A stretch of 64,000 nucleotides of DNA from Leucoraja erinacea (taxonomy: Eukaryota): assembly GCF_028641065.1 (NCBI RefSeq), contig NW_026576597.1:496001-560000 (forward strand), read 5' to 3'. Made by a program: the position numbers and the translations under genes. Below the pieces are notes generated by a model. The model was given only the letters and a program-made list of their open reading frames with translations. It was not told the DNA's origin and did no database searches. Position 1 is the first letter of the stretch. Each line of letters begins with the position of its first letter. Of this stretch, positions 13,401 to 24,603 are shown piece after piece.

Positions 13401-15590
13401 CTTACTCTCCCCTCTATTTCCCTTCCTCCCTCCATCCTCCCCTTTCTCTCTCTCCCCCCCCCCTCCCCCTCAACCTTCCTCCCCCTCCTTCCTCCAATTC
13501 CTCCACCTCCATCCCCCTCTCCCATTCTTCCCCTACCCTTCCTCCTCCCCCCCCCCCCTCTCTCCTCTCTCCTCCCTCTCCACTCTCCTCCACCTCAGTG
13601 CCTCTGGCCACCCTCTCACCCTTTCCTTTCTCTCTCCTTCCCCCCCCCCCCTCCCTTTCACCCTTCTCCCTCCTCTTCACCTCCTGCTCTACCCTTCTTC
13701 CCCCCCCCCCCCTCCCAATCCCCCTCCTCCTCCCCCCCCTCTCCCCCCCCCCCCCCCCCCCATCTCCTCCCTCCAACTCCCCCTCCCCATTCTTGCCCTC
13801 AATCCATCCTTCCTCCACCTCCCTCTCCCTTCTTTGTTCTCCCTTCCTTTCCTCCCTCTCCCCCCCTTCCCCCCCCTCCCTCTCCCTTCTCTCCCCTTCC
13901 TCTTTTTCCTTCTCATTCCCTCATACCCTTTCCTCCCTCCCTCCCTCCCCCTCCCTCCCTTTCACCCGCTGACCCCCTCTCTCTGAAATTCCTTCGCTCC
14001 CTCTCCACCTTCTCACCCCCCCCCTACATCTCCTCCCTCCCTTCTCCCCCTCCCCATCACTCCCCCTTCCTCCTCCTCCCTCTCTCCCCCTATCTCTTCC
14101 CCCTCCCTCCCCTATCCATCCCTCTCCTTTCTCCATCCCCCTTCGGCTCCCTCCACTTCCTCCCCTCTCTCTCCCCCTTCTTCCATTACCCCACACCCCT
14201 CCCCCTTTACCCTCTCCATCCCTGCCCTCTCCTCCCTTTTCCCCTCCCCCCTCTCCTAATCCCTCTTCTCTCCCCTCCCTTCCCACTCTCCCTCCCCCTC
14301 ATTCCCTCTCCCTCTCCTCCCACTCCCTTTCCCCCCTCCCTCTCTCTCCTCTTCCCCTCCCTCCCTCCTCCCTTTTTCCCCATTCCCCCATTCCTCTCTC
14401 CCCTCACTCTCTCCACCCTCCCTCTCTGACCATTACATCTCCCCTCCTCCCCCCCCTCTCCCCTTTCCCCCCACCCCCCCCTTTCTCTCCTCTTCTTTAA
14501 TCTCCCTACCTCCCTCTCTCCCTTCCCCCCCCCCTCATCCCCCCATCCTCCCTCTTTTCCTCCCCCCTTATCCCTCTCCACCCCCTTCTCCCCCTCATTC
14601 CTCCCCCTCTCTTTCTATTCTTCCCCACCCCCTATCTCCCTCCCTCTTCCCACTCCCTCCTTCCTCTCTCCCTCCCTCCATACCATTCCTCCCCCTCCCC
14701 TCTCTCCCCCCACCCTTCCTTCTCCCCCACTACCCCCTCCTCCCCCGCTCCCCTCAACCTCCCTGCCACCCTCACTTTCTTTTCATTCTTCATTCATCCC
14801 ACCCCTTCTCTCCTCTCCCTGTCCTGCCTTCCCCTCTCCCCTCTGCCTCCCCCAAATCCCTTTCCTTCCTTCTCTCCACTTCCATTTCCTACTCTTCCCC
14901 TATCCCCTCCACTTTCCCCACCCTCCTATCCACTTTCTCCCCTCCCTCCCTATCCCCCTCTCCCACTTCCCTCCCTCCCTCTCTCGCCCCCCCTCCCTTC
15001 TTCCCCCTTCCATTGTATCTGCCCATCCCCTTCTATCTTCTCCCTCCAACACCCCCCTTCTCCCACGTCCTCTTCACCCCTCTCCCTCTCCTCCTCCTTC
15101 CCCCTCCCCCCTCCCCTCTTCCCCCCATCCCTCTCCCTCTACTCTTTTCCCTCCCTCTCCTTCCCCCTACCCGCCCTCTCCCTCGTCTCCCTTCCACTCT
15201 GCCCCCTCACCCCCCGCCCCTTATCCTCCCCTCCCCCTCCCACCGCTCTCTTCCCTCCCTCCCCCTTCATTTTCCAGCTCCCGCTCCCCTCCTCCCACTC
15301 CCCCTGCCTTGCTCCCACCATTCCCCATCCCTCCCTTTCCCCCGTCTCTCCCTCCCTCCCTCTCCCCCCCTTCCATCTGTACCGCCTCCATGCCTTCCCC
15401 CTCTCCCCCCCCCCCTTCCCTGCCACTTCCACCTCCCTCCATGTCCCCCTCCCTCACTCCCCTACGTTCCTCTCCCCCATCCCTTCCTCACTCTATCCCA
15501 CTCCTTCCCCCCCTCCATCTCCCCCTCCCCCCTCAATCGTCTCTCTCTCTCTGCCCCCTCCCCTTCATTTCCTCCCTCTCACCACCTGCT
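10435..15590 (+). repeat. Polypyrimidine (C/T) low-complexity tract interrupted by a CR1
   Basis: About 4.5 kb almost devoid of G, ending at the exon 2 acceptor. Confidence 0.95.
11595..12242 (+). mobile_element. CR1 LINE 3' end (young)
   Basis: ORF 11602-12153 with LVRPHLEYCVQFWSP...NLWNSLP and a TTTCTATG tail. Confidence 0.93.
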
Positions 15591-15604
15591 TTTCTCACAC
15601 ACAG

Positions 15605-15853
15605 ACCAACACGACAATCTCCAGGTCTACTTGGTCCAGGACGGCAGCCCCGACAAGCAGTTTGACATGTTGGTGGATGACGATGAGGTTTTCTACATGG
15701 ACTTCAAGCTGAAGAAGGAGGTGGCGCGGATCCCCGCGTTCCAGCACCTCGCGATGCAGGGAGGAGAGGCGGCGATCTCGTCTAACATCGCCGTCGCTAA
15801 ACAGAATTTAAATGTTTGGAAGAACCTGTCGCACTGGAGCCCGGAGCCCAAAG
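15605..15853 (+). CDS. DAA: MHC class II alpha chain, exon 2 (alpha1 peptide-binding domain)
   Basis: acacag acceptor, GTGAGC donor, 249 nt. Encodes YQHDNLQVYLVQDGSPDKQFDMLVDDDEVFYMDFKLKKEVARIPAFQHLAMQGGEAAISSNIAVAKQNLNVWKNLSHWSPEPK, with the DxDExFYxD motif, N62/N69 equivalents and an NLS sequon. Confidence 0.95.
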
Positions 15854-15859
15854 GTGAGC

Positions 15860-16200
15860 GCGGGGGCCGGGGTTAGGGCCGGGTAACCCGGGCTGTCCGC
15901 AACAGGGTGCCGCTACCCATCCCTGACCGATCCCTACTGTGGAACTGCTCCAGCTCCAGGGGCCCCAGAAGCGACTTCAGTCTAATCGCCTCCTCGCTCC
16001 CGCTCCCGTGGGGAGGGGCGGGGCAAGGGCTCGACGTCACGCCCGCGCGCATGCGCCCCACCCCGCCCCTCTCGGGCAATGCGCTTGCGCCGATCGCCGC
16101 ACTAGGTCCCGCCCCCCGGGTTGGAGCCCGTTCCGCGCACGTGAGGCGCCGCCAACGGCCGGGAGCGGGAACGATGCGGCCATTAGGTGTGACGTTGTGT
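15860..16200. promoter_or_regulatory. Intronic CpG island with promoter-type motifs
   Basis: CpG-dense. GC boxes at 16015-16023 and 16061-16069, CRE-like GACGTCA 16033-16039, NRF1-like GCGCATGCGC 16047-16056 and TGCGCTTGCGC 16080-16090, E-box CACGTG 16138-16143. Confidence 0.5.
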
Positions 16201-16267
16201 TTAGTGAAGACCAGAATAAGTGGGGGCCTAATCCTGTCGTGTTAGGTCGAGGCGAGGGGATTAGTCG

Positions 16268-18166
16268 AGGTGTAGGTGAGGGGAAGTGGGTGTAGGTGAG
16301 GTGAGGGGAAGTGGGTGTAGGCGAGGGGAAGTGGGTGTAGGCGAGGGGCAGTGGGTGTAGGCGAGGGGCAGTGGGTGTAGGCGAGGGGCAGTGGGTGTAG
16401 GCGAGGGGAAGTGGGTGTAGGCGAGGGGCAGTGGGTGTAGGCGAGGGGAAGTGGGTGTAGGCGAGGGGAAGTGGGTGTAGGTGAGGGGGAGTGGGTGTAG
16501 GTGTGGTGAGGGGAAGTGGGTGTAGGCGAGGGGCAGTGGGTGTAGGCGAGGGGCAGTGGGTGTAGGCGAGGGGAAGTGGGTGGTAGGCGAGGGGAAGTGG
16601 GTGTAGGCGAGGGGCAGTGGGTGTAGGCGAGGGGCAGTGGGTGTAGGCGAGGGGCAGTGGGTGTAGGCGAGGGGCAGTGGGTGTAGGCGAGGGGCAGTGG
16701 GTGTAGGCGAGGGGAAGTGGGTGTAGGCGAGGGGCAGTGGGTGTAGGCGAGGGGCAGTGGGTGTAGGCGAGGGGCAGTGGGTGTAGGCGAGGGGCAGTGG
16801 GTGTAGGCGAGGGGCAGTGGGTGTAGGCGAGGGGAAGTGGGTGTAGGCGAGGGGCAGTGGGTGTAGGTGAGGTGAGGGGGAAGTGGGGTAGGCGAGGGGA
16901 AGTGGGTGTAGGCGAGGGGCAGTGGGTGTAGGCGAGGGGCAGTGGGTGTAGGCGAGGGGCAGTGGGTGTAGGCGAGGGGCAGTGGGTGTAGGCGAGGGGC
17001 AGTGGGTGTAGGCGAGGGGCAGTGGGTGTAGGCGAGGGGCAGTGGGTGTAGGCGAGGGGTGCAGTGGGTGTAGGCGAGGGGCGGGGTGTAGGCGAGGGGC
17101 AGTGGGTGTAGGCGAGGGGCAGTGGGTGTAGGCGAGGGGCAGTGGGTGTAGGCGAGGGGCAGTGGGTGTAGGCGAGGGGCAGTGGGTGTAGGCGAGGGGG
17201 CAGTGGGTGTAGGCGAGGGGCAGTGGGTGTAGGCGAGGGGCAGTGGGTGTAGGCGAGGGGCAGTGGGTTGTAGGCGAGGGGCAGTGGGTGTAGGCGAGGG
17301 GCAGTGGGTGTAGGCGAGGGGCAGTGGGTGTAGGCGAGGGGCAGTGGGGGTGTAGGCGAGGGGCAGTGGGTGTAGGCGAGGGGCAGTGGGTGTAGGCGAG
17401 GGGCAGTGGGTGTAGGCGAGGGGCAGTGGGTGTAGGCGAGGGGCAGTGGGTGTAGGCGAGGGGCAGTGGGTGTAGGCGAGGGGCAGTGGGTGTAGGCGAG
17501 GGGCAGTGGGTGTAGGCGAGGGGCAGTGGGTGTAGGCGAGGGGCAGTGGGTGTAGGCGAGGGGCAGTGGGTGTAGGCGAGGGGCAGTGGGTGTAGGCGAG
17601 GGGCAGTGGGTGTAGGCGAGGGGCAGTGGGTGTAGGCGAGGGGCAGGTGGGTGTAGGCGAGGGGGCAGTGGGTGTAGGCGAGGGGCAGTGGGTGTAGGCG
17701 AGGGGCAGTGGGTGTAGGCGAGGGGCAGTGGGTGTAGGCGAGGGGCAGTGGGTGTAGGCGAGGGGCAGTGGGTGTAGGCGAGGGGCAGTGGGTGTAGGCG
17801 AGGGGCAGTGGGTGTAGGGCGAGGGGCAGTGGGTGTAGGCGAGGGGCAGTGGGTGTAGGCGAGGGGCAGTGGGTGTAGGCGAGGGAGGCAGTGGGTGTAG
17901 GCGAGGGGCAGTGGGTGTAGGCGAGGGGCAGTGGGTGTAGGCGAGGGGCAGTGGGTGTAGGCGAGGGGCAGTGGGTGTAGGCGAGGGGCAGTGGGTGTAG
18001 GCGAGGGGCAGTGGGTGTAGGCGAGGGGCAGTGGGTGTAGGCGAGGGGCAGTGGGTGTAGGCGAGGGGCAGTGGGTGTAGGTGAGGGGCAGTGAGTGTAG
18101 GTGAGGGGCAGTGGGTGTAGGTGAGGGGAGGGGAAGTGAGCGTAGGTGAGGTGAGGGGAAGTGGGT
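16268..18166 (+). repeat. 20-bp G-rich minisatellite (GGCGAGGGGCAGTGGGTGTA)n, ~95 copies
   Basis: Directly visible, highly homogeneous tandem array in intron 2. Confidence 0.98.
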
Positions 18167-18289
18167 GTCTGAGCTCAGGAAGGGGAGGCCAAGGTGATGC
18201 TGAATGAAACGAGAGCGACAACTACCTTCTGTAGCAGAGAATTACACAAATTCACAACTGTGGGTGAAAACGTGTTTTCTCATCTCAGT

Positions 18290-19310
18290 GCGAGGCAAAG
18301 AGACATTTCAGGTAACATAGTTTTTGTAAAGATTTTTAGCAATGTTACAAAATTTTGAGATTTAAAAATCAAGTCTGCAATTTATCCCATCAGATAAAAA
18401 AGTATTAAAAAGGTTATGGCCATTTTCATACTCGGAAATTAGCATCTTGTTCCCTATTGATTTCCCATTGACTTAACACAAAAGCTGTGATCGAGGACAG
18501 TCAAAAGCCCATAACTTTATTAAAAATTAAGAGAACTGAAAGAAATTTTCAGATATTATAGATTGAAGCATTCTGAAACAAATATTAAACAATCTTACTT
18601 GGATGACCTGAAATTAAAGCATATAATTAGTTAGTTACCCAATTGTAGCTAATTCTAAAATTCAATTACTAGATTTAAACATCTATCCATTTCTTAAGGA
18701 AAGATTAACATTTTAAAATAGCATAAGTGTCCAAAGAACATTCAGACAATAATTCACAATAAAACATGATTTTAAAATCTCATTGACATTAATTTATAGG
18801 CCAAATGGAAGGAATTTAGTGTTCAATTGCTGTAAATTAATGGCCATTTAAGTGGGAACTCTGTGGAACGCGATGGTTTGGAACGTTCCCATTGCGGTGG
18901 ATTTGTACCCCATATGCCCAGAAAAATACTGCAGGATTTAATGGGCCCCCAAATCAGCTATTCACAGCATAAAATGTTGTATAAAGGGATCTTAAGAAGC
19001 GCTTTTTAATGTAAAAATAAACAACCTACATTCCGTTGTCCCCTGCATGAGATCCACCCCGTTGTCGGCGGTCGCCGGTTTAGAGGATGACTGTTAACCT
19101 ACTATAACAAATGATGTTAACCAATTTAGTTTAAAAATAGCTGCAGCGAACGAACCTTGCAGTGATTTTTCATCAGCAACTAAGTAGGCTGAACAACCTC
19201 GATTTGAATAGCCTAGAGAAAATCGCGTTTTAAACCTGCCCCCCTCTCAAAGGCGCCAAAATCGCGCACACGGGCAGCGCCGCTGAAGGTAGGTTTTGCA
19301 ACATACCTAG
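18290..19310. mobile_element. Unclassified AT-rich non-autonomous DNA-transposon-like insertion
   Basis: Abrupt compositional block between CR1 fragments, ending ...TTTGCAACATACCTA. No partner terminus was found. Confidence 0.35.
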
Positions 19311-19419
19311 TATGAGGCCATTTATTGAAACGTAAGATTATTAAAGGTTTGGACATGCTTGAGGCAGGAAGCTTGTTTCCATTACTGGGAGAGTCCAGAA
19401 CCAGGGGCCACCTCCATCG

Positions 19420-19900
19420 CAGGTGATCGACTACTGACCGACATCCACTGACTCCCATGGCTATTTGGACTATACTTCTTCCCACCCTACTTCCTGTATG
19501 CACTCCATCCCCTACTCCCAATTCCTCTGCCTGCACTGCATCTGCACCCAGGATGAGGTGTTCCAAACTAGGGCATTGGAGATGTCCTCATTCTTCAGGG
19601 AATGGGGGTTCCCCTCTTCTATAGATGAGGCTCTCACCAGGGACTCTTCTATACCCCGTGACGCTGCTCTCCCTCCCCCTCCCCCCCCCCCCCACTTGTA
19701 ACAAGATGTAGAGTCCCCCATGTCCTCACCTACCACCCTACCAGCTGTTGCATACAACAAATAATCCTCTGACATTTTTGCCACCTCCAACGTGATCCCA
19801 CCACTTCATTTACATCTTCCCATCTCCTCCCCTGTCTGCTTTCCGCAGAGACCGCTCCCTCCGTAACTCCCTGGTCAATTTGTCATAATTCATCATATTT
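19420..19900 (+). mobile_element. Penelope-like element fragment
   Basis: DYTSSHPTSC..SIPYSQFL motif. Confidence 0.8.
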
Positions 19901-19997
19901 CGCTTGGGCAGAAGGCCATTTCTCTGGAGGTTATCAAGAGAGAGATAGAGCTCTTAAAGATTGCGCAGTCAAGAGATATGGGGAGATAGCAAGAACG

Positions 19998-20705
19998 GGG
20001 CACTGACAGGTCAGTAAAACCACTCACAGTTTAGTAGACATGTGTTCAGTGTTATTCACAGCTCAGCCTGAGAATTGGGATCTTTCGCCTCCCCCATCTT
20101 GCAGAGAACTGAGGCACCTCCACACTTCTGGGTTTTATAGTCCCTCCAGAAGGGGCTTGGCCTTCAGGAGAGAAAATCTCAACATTTTTTTAAACGCTAA
20201 TTACTCTTTTAGTTTTCATCGATGAGAAAAATCCTCGGCACCTGATGAGCGGAGGGGGACTGAGTAAGATGGCCAAAAATCGCAGCCGTACGTGGTAGCG
20301 TTCTTTCTAAAATCAAGATTAGACTTTTAATTATATAGAAGGCAAGGCAGCTCTAATTAGGCAAGGCAGCTCTAATTAGGCAAGGCAGCTTTTGTACTTT
20401 CAAAACCGAAGGCAACACGGCTTGCTGTGGCACTTTCAAAACCAAAGGCAAGGCAGCTTGTTTTAGCACTTTCAAAACCAAAGGCAATACAGCTTTAGCA
20501 CTTTCAATCCAAAACACACTTTTGCACTTTCAAAATAAATTTTCAAACCACATTAAGGGCACTGATAGGTCAGTAAAACCACTCACGCGGAGGGGGGCTC
20601 TGAGTACGATGACCAACAATCACGGCCATAAGTGGCAGCGTTTTTTCTAAAATCAATATACAGAACAACAGGAAGTGGTCAAGATCAGACTTTTAGTAAT
20701 ATAGA
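19998..20705 (-). mobile_element. Two adjacent Helitron 5' fragments
   Basis: Minus-strand termini TCTATATAATTAAAAGTC (20339) and TCTATATTACTAAAAGTC (20705). Internal blocks are shared between the two copies, with short internal tandem repeats. Confidence 0.65.
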
Positions 20706-21177
20706 TAAGATTATTATAACTAATTTAAAACACTATTAACATTTTATGACAGAAATTAAAATTTGTGGTGATCTAGCATGGGACAACCCCATTTGAAGAA
20801 GATAACAGTGGTTACCCAGACCTTGTTGCTGGTTGTGAAGGGGCCCTCATAACAGTTCAATCTTCAGGCCCCCAAAAATGTAGGACCGCCACTAGGCCCA
20901 CAGTAACTCGCATCCTCCCCGCAGCCTGCGGACTGGGCTGGTGCCGGTGATGATGGACTAGATGCCCTGAAATGAGGAGCCCGTGATGGACTGGACTGTT
21001 CACCACTCTCTGCGGGGACAGGCGGTCGAACACTTGCAATACCAGGCTGACATGCATCCCGTCAGAATATTTTCCCCACCACAACCGTAGAAGTTTCACA
21101 CAATCCTTGTTAACATGCTGATGAGTCTTCTCAGAATGGCTACGTAAATTTACTGCTAAACTTCCTGAAAGGAATCC

Positions 21178-21880
21178 ATCCCCTACTCCCAATTCCTCCG
21201 TTTACGCTGCATCTGCACCCAGGATGAGGTGTTCCAAACCAGGGCATCAGAGATGTTCTCTACAGAATGAGGACATCTCCGATGCCTTGGTTTGGAACAC
21301 CTCTAATTCTATAGATGAGGCTCTCACCAGTGTCTATTCTATACCCCGTAACCCTGCTCTCACCTACCCCCCCCTCCCCCATTCGTAACAAGGGCAGAGT
21401 CTCCCTTGTCCTCACCTTCCACCCTACCAGCCGTCACATACAACGGATAATCCTACGACATTTCCGCCACCTCCAATGGGATCCCACCACTGGCCATATC
21501 TTCCCATTTCCTCCCCTTTCGGCTTTCCGCAGAGACTGTTCCCTCCATAACTCCCTGGTCAATGCATCCCTTCCCACCCAAACCACCCCCTCTCCTGGTA
21601 TTTTCCGTCGCAACCGCAGGAAATGCTACACGTGTCGCTTCACCTACCCCCTTGACTCCATCCAAGGATCCAAGCAGTCTTTTCAGGTGCGACAGAGGTT
21701 CACCTGCATCTCCTCCAACCTCATCTATTGCATCCACTGCTCTAGGTGTTTGCTGCTCTACATCGGTGAGACCAAGCCTAGACTTGCCGATCGCTTCACC
21801 CAACACTGGTTTGCAATAACCAACCTGATCTACCAGTGGCTCAGCACTTCAACTCCCCCTCCCATTCCGAATCCGACTTT
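21178..21880 (+). mobile_element. Penelope-like element fragment (GIY-YIG)
   Basis: FTCISSNLIYCIHCSRCLLLYIGETK. Confidence 0.88.
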
Positions 21881-22289
21881 TTGTAAGGCACTATATCCCA
21901 CGTACAAAACCATGCTGGTCTATCCTTAATTAGGCACAGTCCATCTACATCTTATCCCTCAGAATCCTCTCCAGTAACTTGCCTACCTCAGACATTAGCC
22001 TCACTGATCTATAGTTCCCAGGCTTTTCCTTGCAGCCCTTCTTAAATTGAGGCACAACATTAGCCACCTTCCAGTCTTCTGGAACTTCACCCATGTCTAA
22101 CGATAATTCATAAATCTCAGCCAGGGCTCCTGTAATTTATTCTCCAGCTTCCTGCAGTGTCCTTGTATATATCCAGTCAGGCCTGGGAGATTTATCTACA
22201 TACGCTTTTGGATGTGTAGCACCTATTGCCATAGTTTGCAAGAATGGTTGGAAGACGTGATCAGAAAGTAGTCTCAGTACCTTATTTCT

Positions 22290-24336
22290 CAGATCATCCA
22301 ATTTTTGACTGAACCAGCCAGAGGGCTTGCCTGTTCACAGAGTCTGTGGTGAGGCCCATGAAGGCCCTGTATAGGGACTGTATCTGCTCTTTACAGTTGT
22401 CTTGTTGCTGTTGGGCCCTGAAAATCAGGTCTGTTGTGCCTCTGGCTGGGCATAAGCTGCAGTGGAATTGGGGCAGGATTTCTTCAGGCAGTGGGAAGAG
22501 TTGGTTGGAGAGAACCACAGCCGATTATCTTTCCAATAATGAACAGGTTAGATGCCCCTATAGCTTCCACACTCTGTCCTGTCCCCCTTTTTATGTACGA
22601 TGACAATCCGGGAATCTAGGAAATCATTGGGTAGAATTTTTATTCTGCCAGATTTTTACCATCAGTGTCCATATTCTTGTTGTTGCTCTTCTTCAGGATG
22701 GCATCTGCTGACTTCCTGTAAGCTTGGAGGATCTTCCGTATTCTCCCTCATGGGGCTCTGGGCGATGCATGATACTATACGATAGAACTTTATTGACCTC
22801 AGGAGGGAAATTGATCTACCAACAGTCATTAAACACAAAATACATGAAATATGAAATGAATGTGATGAGTGGAAAGGATTGGGGATGTGCAAAGATTGGG
22901 GAGGGAGGGGAAGTCAATCTACCCCACAATAGAATGGGGAGGAGTTGTACTGTTTGATAGCCACAGGAAAGACAGATCTCTTGTGGTCTTGTGAGGGGAG
23001 GATGCTCCACAGTTTGAGGAGCATCCTCCTCTCCAAGACCACCTCCCATGAATCCAACTCCGCCCCAGGATGGAGCCAGCCTTCCTGATGAGTTTGTTAA
23101 TCTATTGGCGTCCGCGCCCTGCTGCCCCAGCACACGACAGCAAAGAAGTTGGCACTCGCTACCTCCTCGGGGAGCCATGTCTCCGTGAAAACACATCACA
23201 CTGCTCTCACGGTGTTCCCTCTGGGTCCTCACTAGTGCAGCTAGCTCATCAATCTTGTTAGCCAATGGATTGTGCTGGAAGGCAAGTATGGATTGTTCCT
23301 CCTTTTCTGCGCATGTTATTTTACTCCCGGCCGGCATCCCCTGTATTTCATCCTCTGTTCCGTGGGGATTTCTGATGTAACTCTGGTGAAGTCAGCTGGT
23401 CAGGGTGGTCAAAGCTCCAGCAGTTGATCCCTGGTGTAGACAACAAACAGACCAGCTCCTCGATGTTGCAGTGATTGTTCAGAGATACACTGAAATAGTA
23501 TTCCTCAACGAGGAGATAAAAAGTTTCCCCACCTCAACATGGTGAAAAAAAAATGAACTAACTAAAAAACACAAAATAAATAGGAATTAAATAAGTAAAA
23601 ATGAAGGAAAAGATGATCGACTGTTGCCTGGGTGCCGTGTACACAGCGCTGGAAACCAGAAGCAAAAAAAGGTGGATAACCTCCATGTCAACAGTTATTT
23701 CCCGGTTAATCAGCTCTTCAAAGTGTTCTCACCATTCATAAATGATTGTTCATTCCCCTTCAGAATAAGTTTGTCCATCTTTTGCACACAGATGGTTGTG
23801 CCCATGCTGGATGGGGCCATAGATGGCCTTGGTGGCATTGAAGAGAGCCTGGTGTCACTGAGTCAACAAGATGCTGGATCTCAAGATTTTATTGGTCCAC
23901 CATTTGATTTTCAGTTCCCTCATTCAGCACTGGACAATAGCCATGGCTCTGGAATGTAGTTCCCTTTTGCCCTGGCATTTGATGTGATTCTGCCAGGAAC
24001 AAAACGTTTTCTCATTCAATGTCAGTGTCATTGTCGTCACGCCAGTCCTGATGTTTTTGGTGCCAATGATGTTGCTGTTGGCATCAAGAATGATTGTCTT
24101 TATCATATCCTAATGTGTCTCAATTTAATTGGGATATTCTACAGGTAGATTCTTATTGAGGGCAGCTTGGGAAAGTTGCTGTATCTTAATATCTTCGTGG
24201 CTCTCAATATTTTAGGATCGCCCACCCTGGTTAGACAGAACCAGCCACACTCACTCTGCGAGCAGGACACATTCACTGGTCTAGAACCCCACGGTACACG
24301 GTGGTACCCAGCACTCCACCTGCGTAGCTGGAACAG
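22290..24336 (-). mobile_element. Decayed RTE-clade LINE interrupted by a Rex1-like fragment (~22780-23600)
   Basis: EILP...RGTTDLIF...DSVNRQALW (RT) at 22294-22518 and endonuclease-like remnants near 23700-24110. Confidence 0.6.
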
Positions 24337-24603
24337 CAATATCGGACAGCTCCGTTTCTTCTGCACCTTTTTGTACAGTTCGTCACCATACATTATGAAG
24401 GATGTGATTAGACTCTAGGAAGTGCAAAGGAGATTCACGGGATTTATGTTGCCTGGATTTATGGAGATAGTGAGTTACAGTGGGAGTCATGGTGATCGGT
24501 GATTGGGGAGTTTATAATGGCGAGCATCATTGTGATAGGGATGATATGATGGTGGGTTTACAGTGATGCAACAGATTATGGTTTTGAGAGAGATTACGGT
24601 GAT

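Noticed and set aside
10277-15600. Extensin/formin-like Pro-rich and Gly-rich ORFs (also at 24594-27045 and 40526-43000)
   Set aside because: These come from C/T low-complexity DNA that may also be poorly polished. Only the last ~83 codons of ORF 15013-15876 before the donor are real (exon 2).
16242-18221. 659-aa minus-strand ORF
   Set aside because: It is a translation of the 20-bp minisatellite.
24217-24336. HDV-like ribozyme at the RTE 5' end
   Set aside because: A CTAA-CCAG/CTGG pairing and a small hairpin exist, but P1 and L3 could not be fitted to the consensus.
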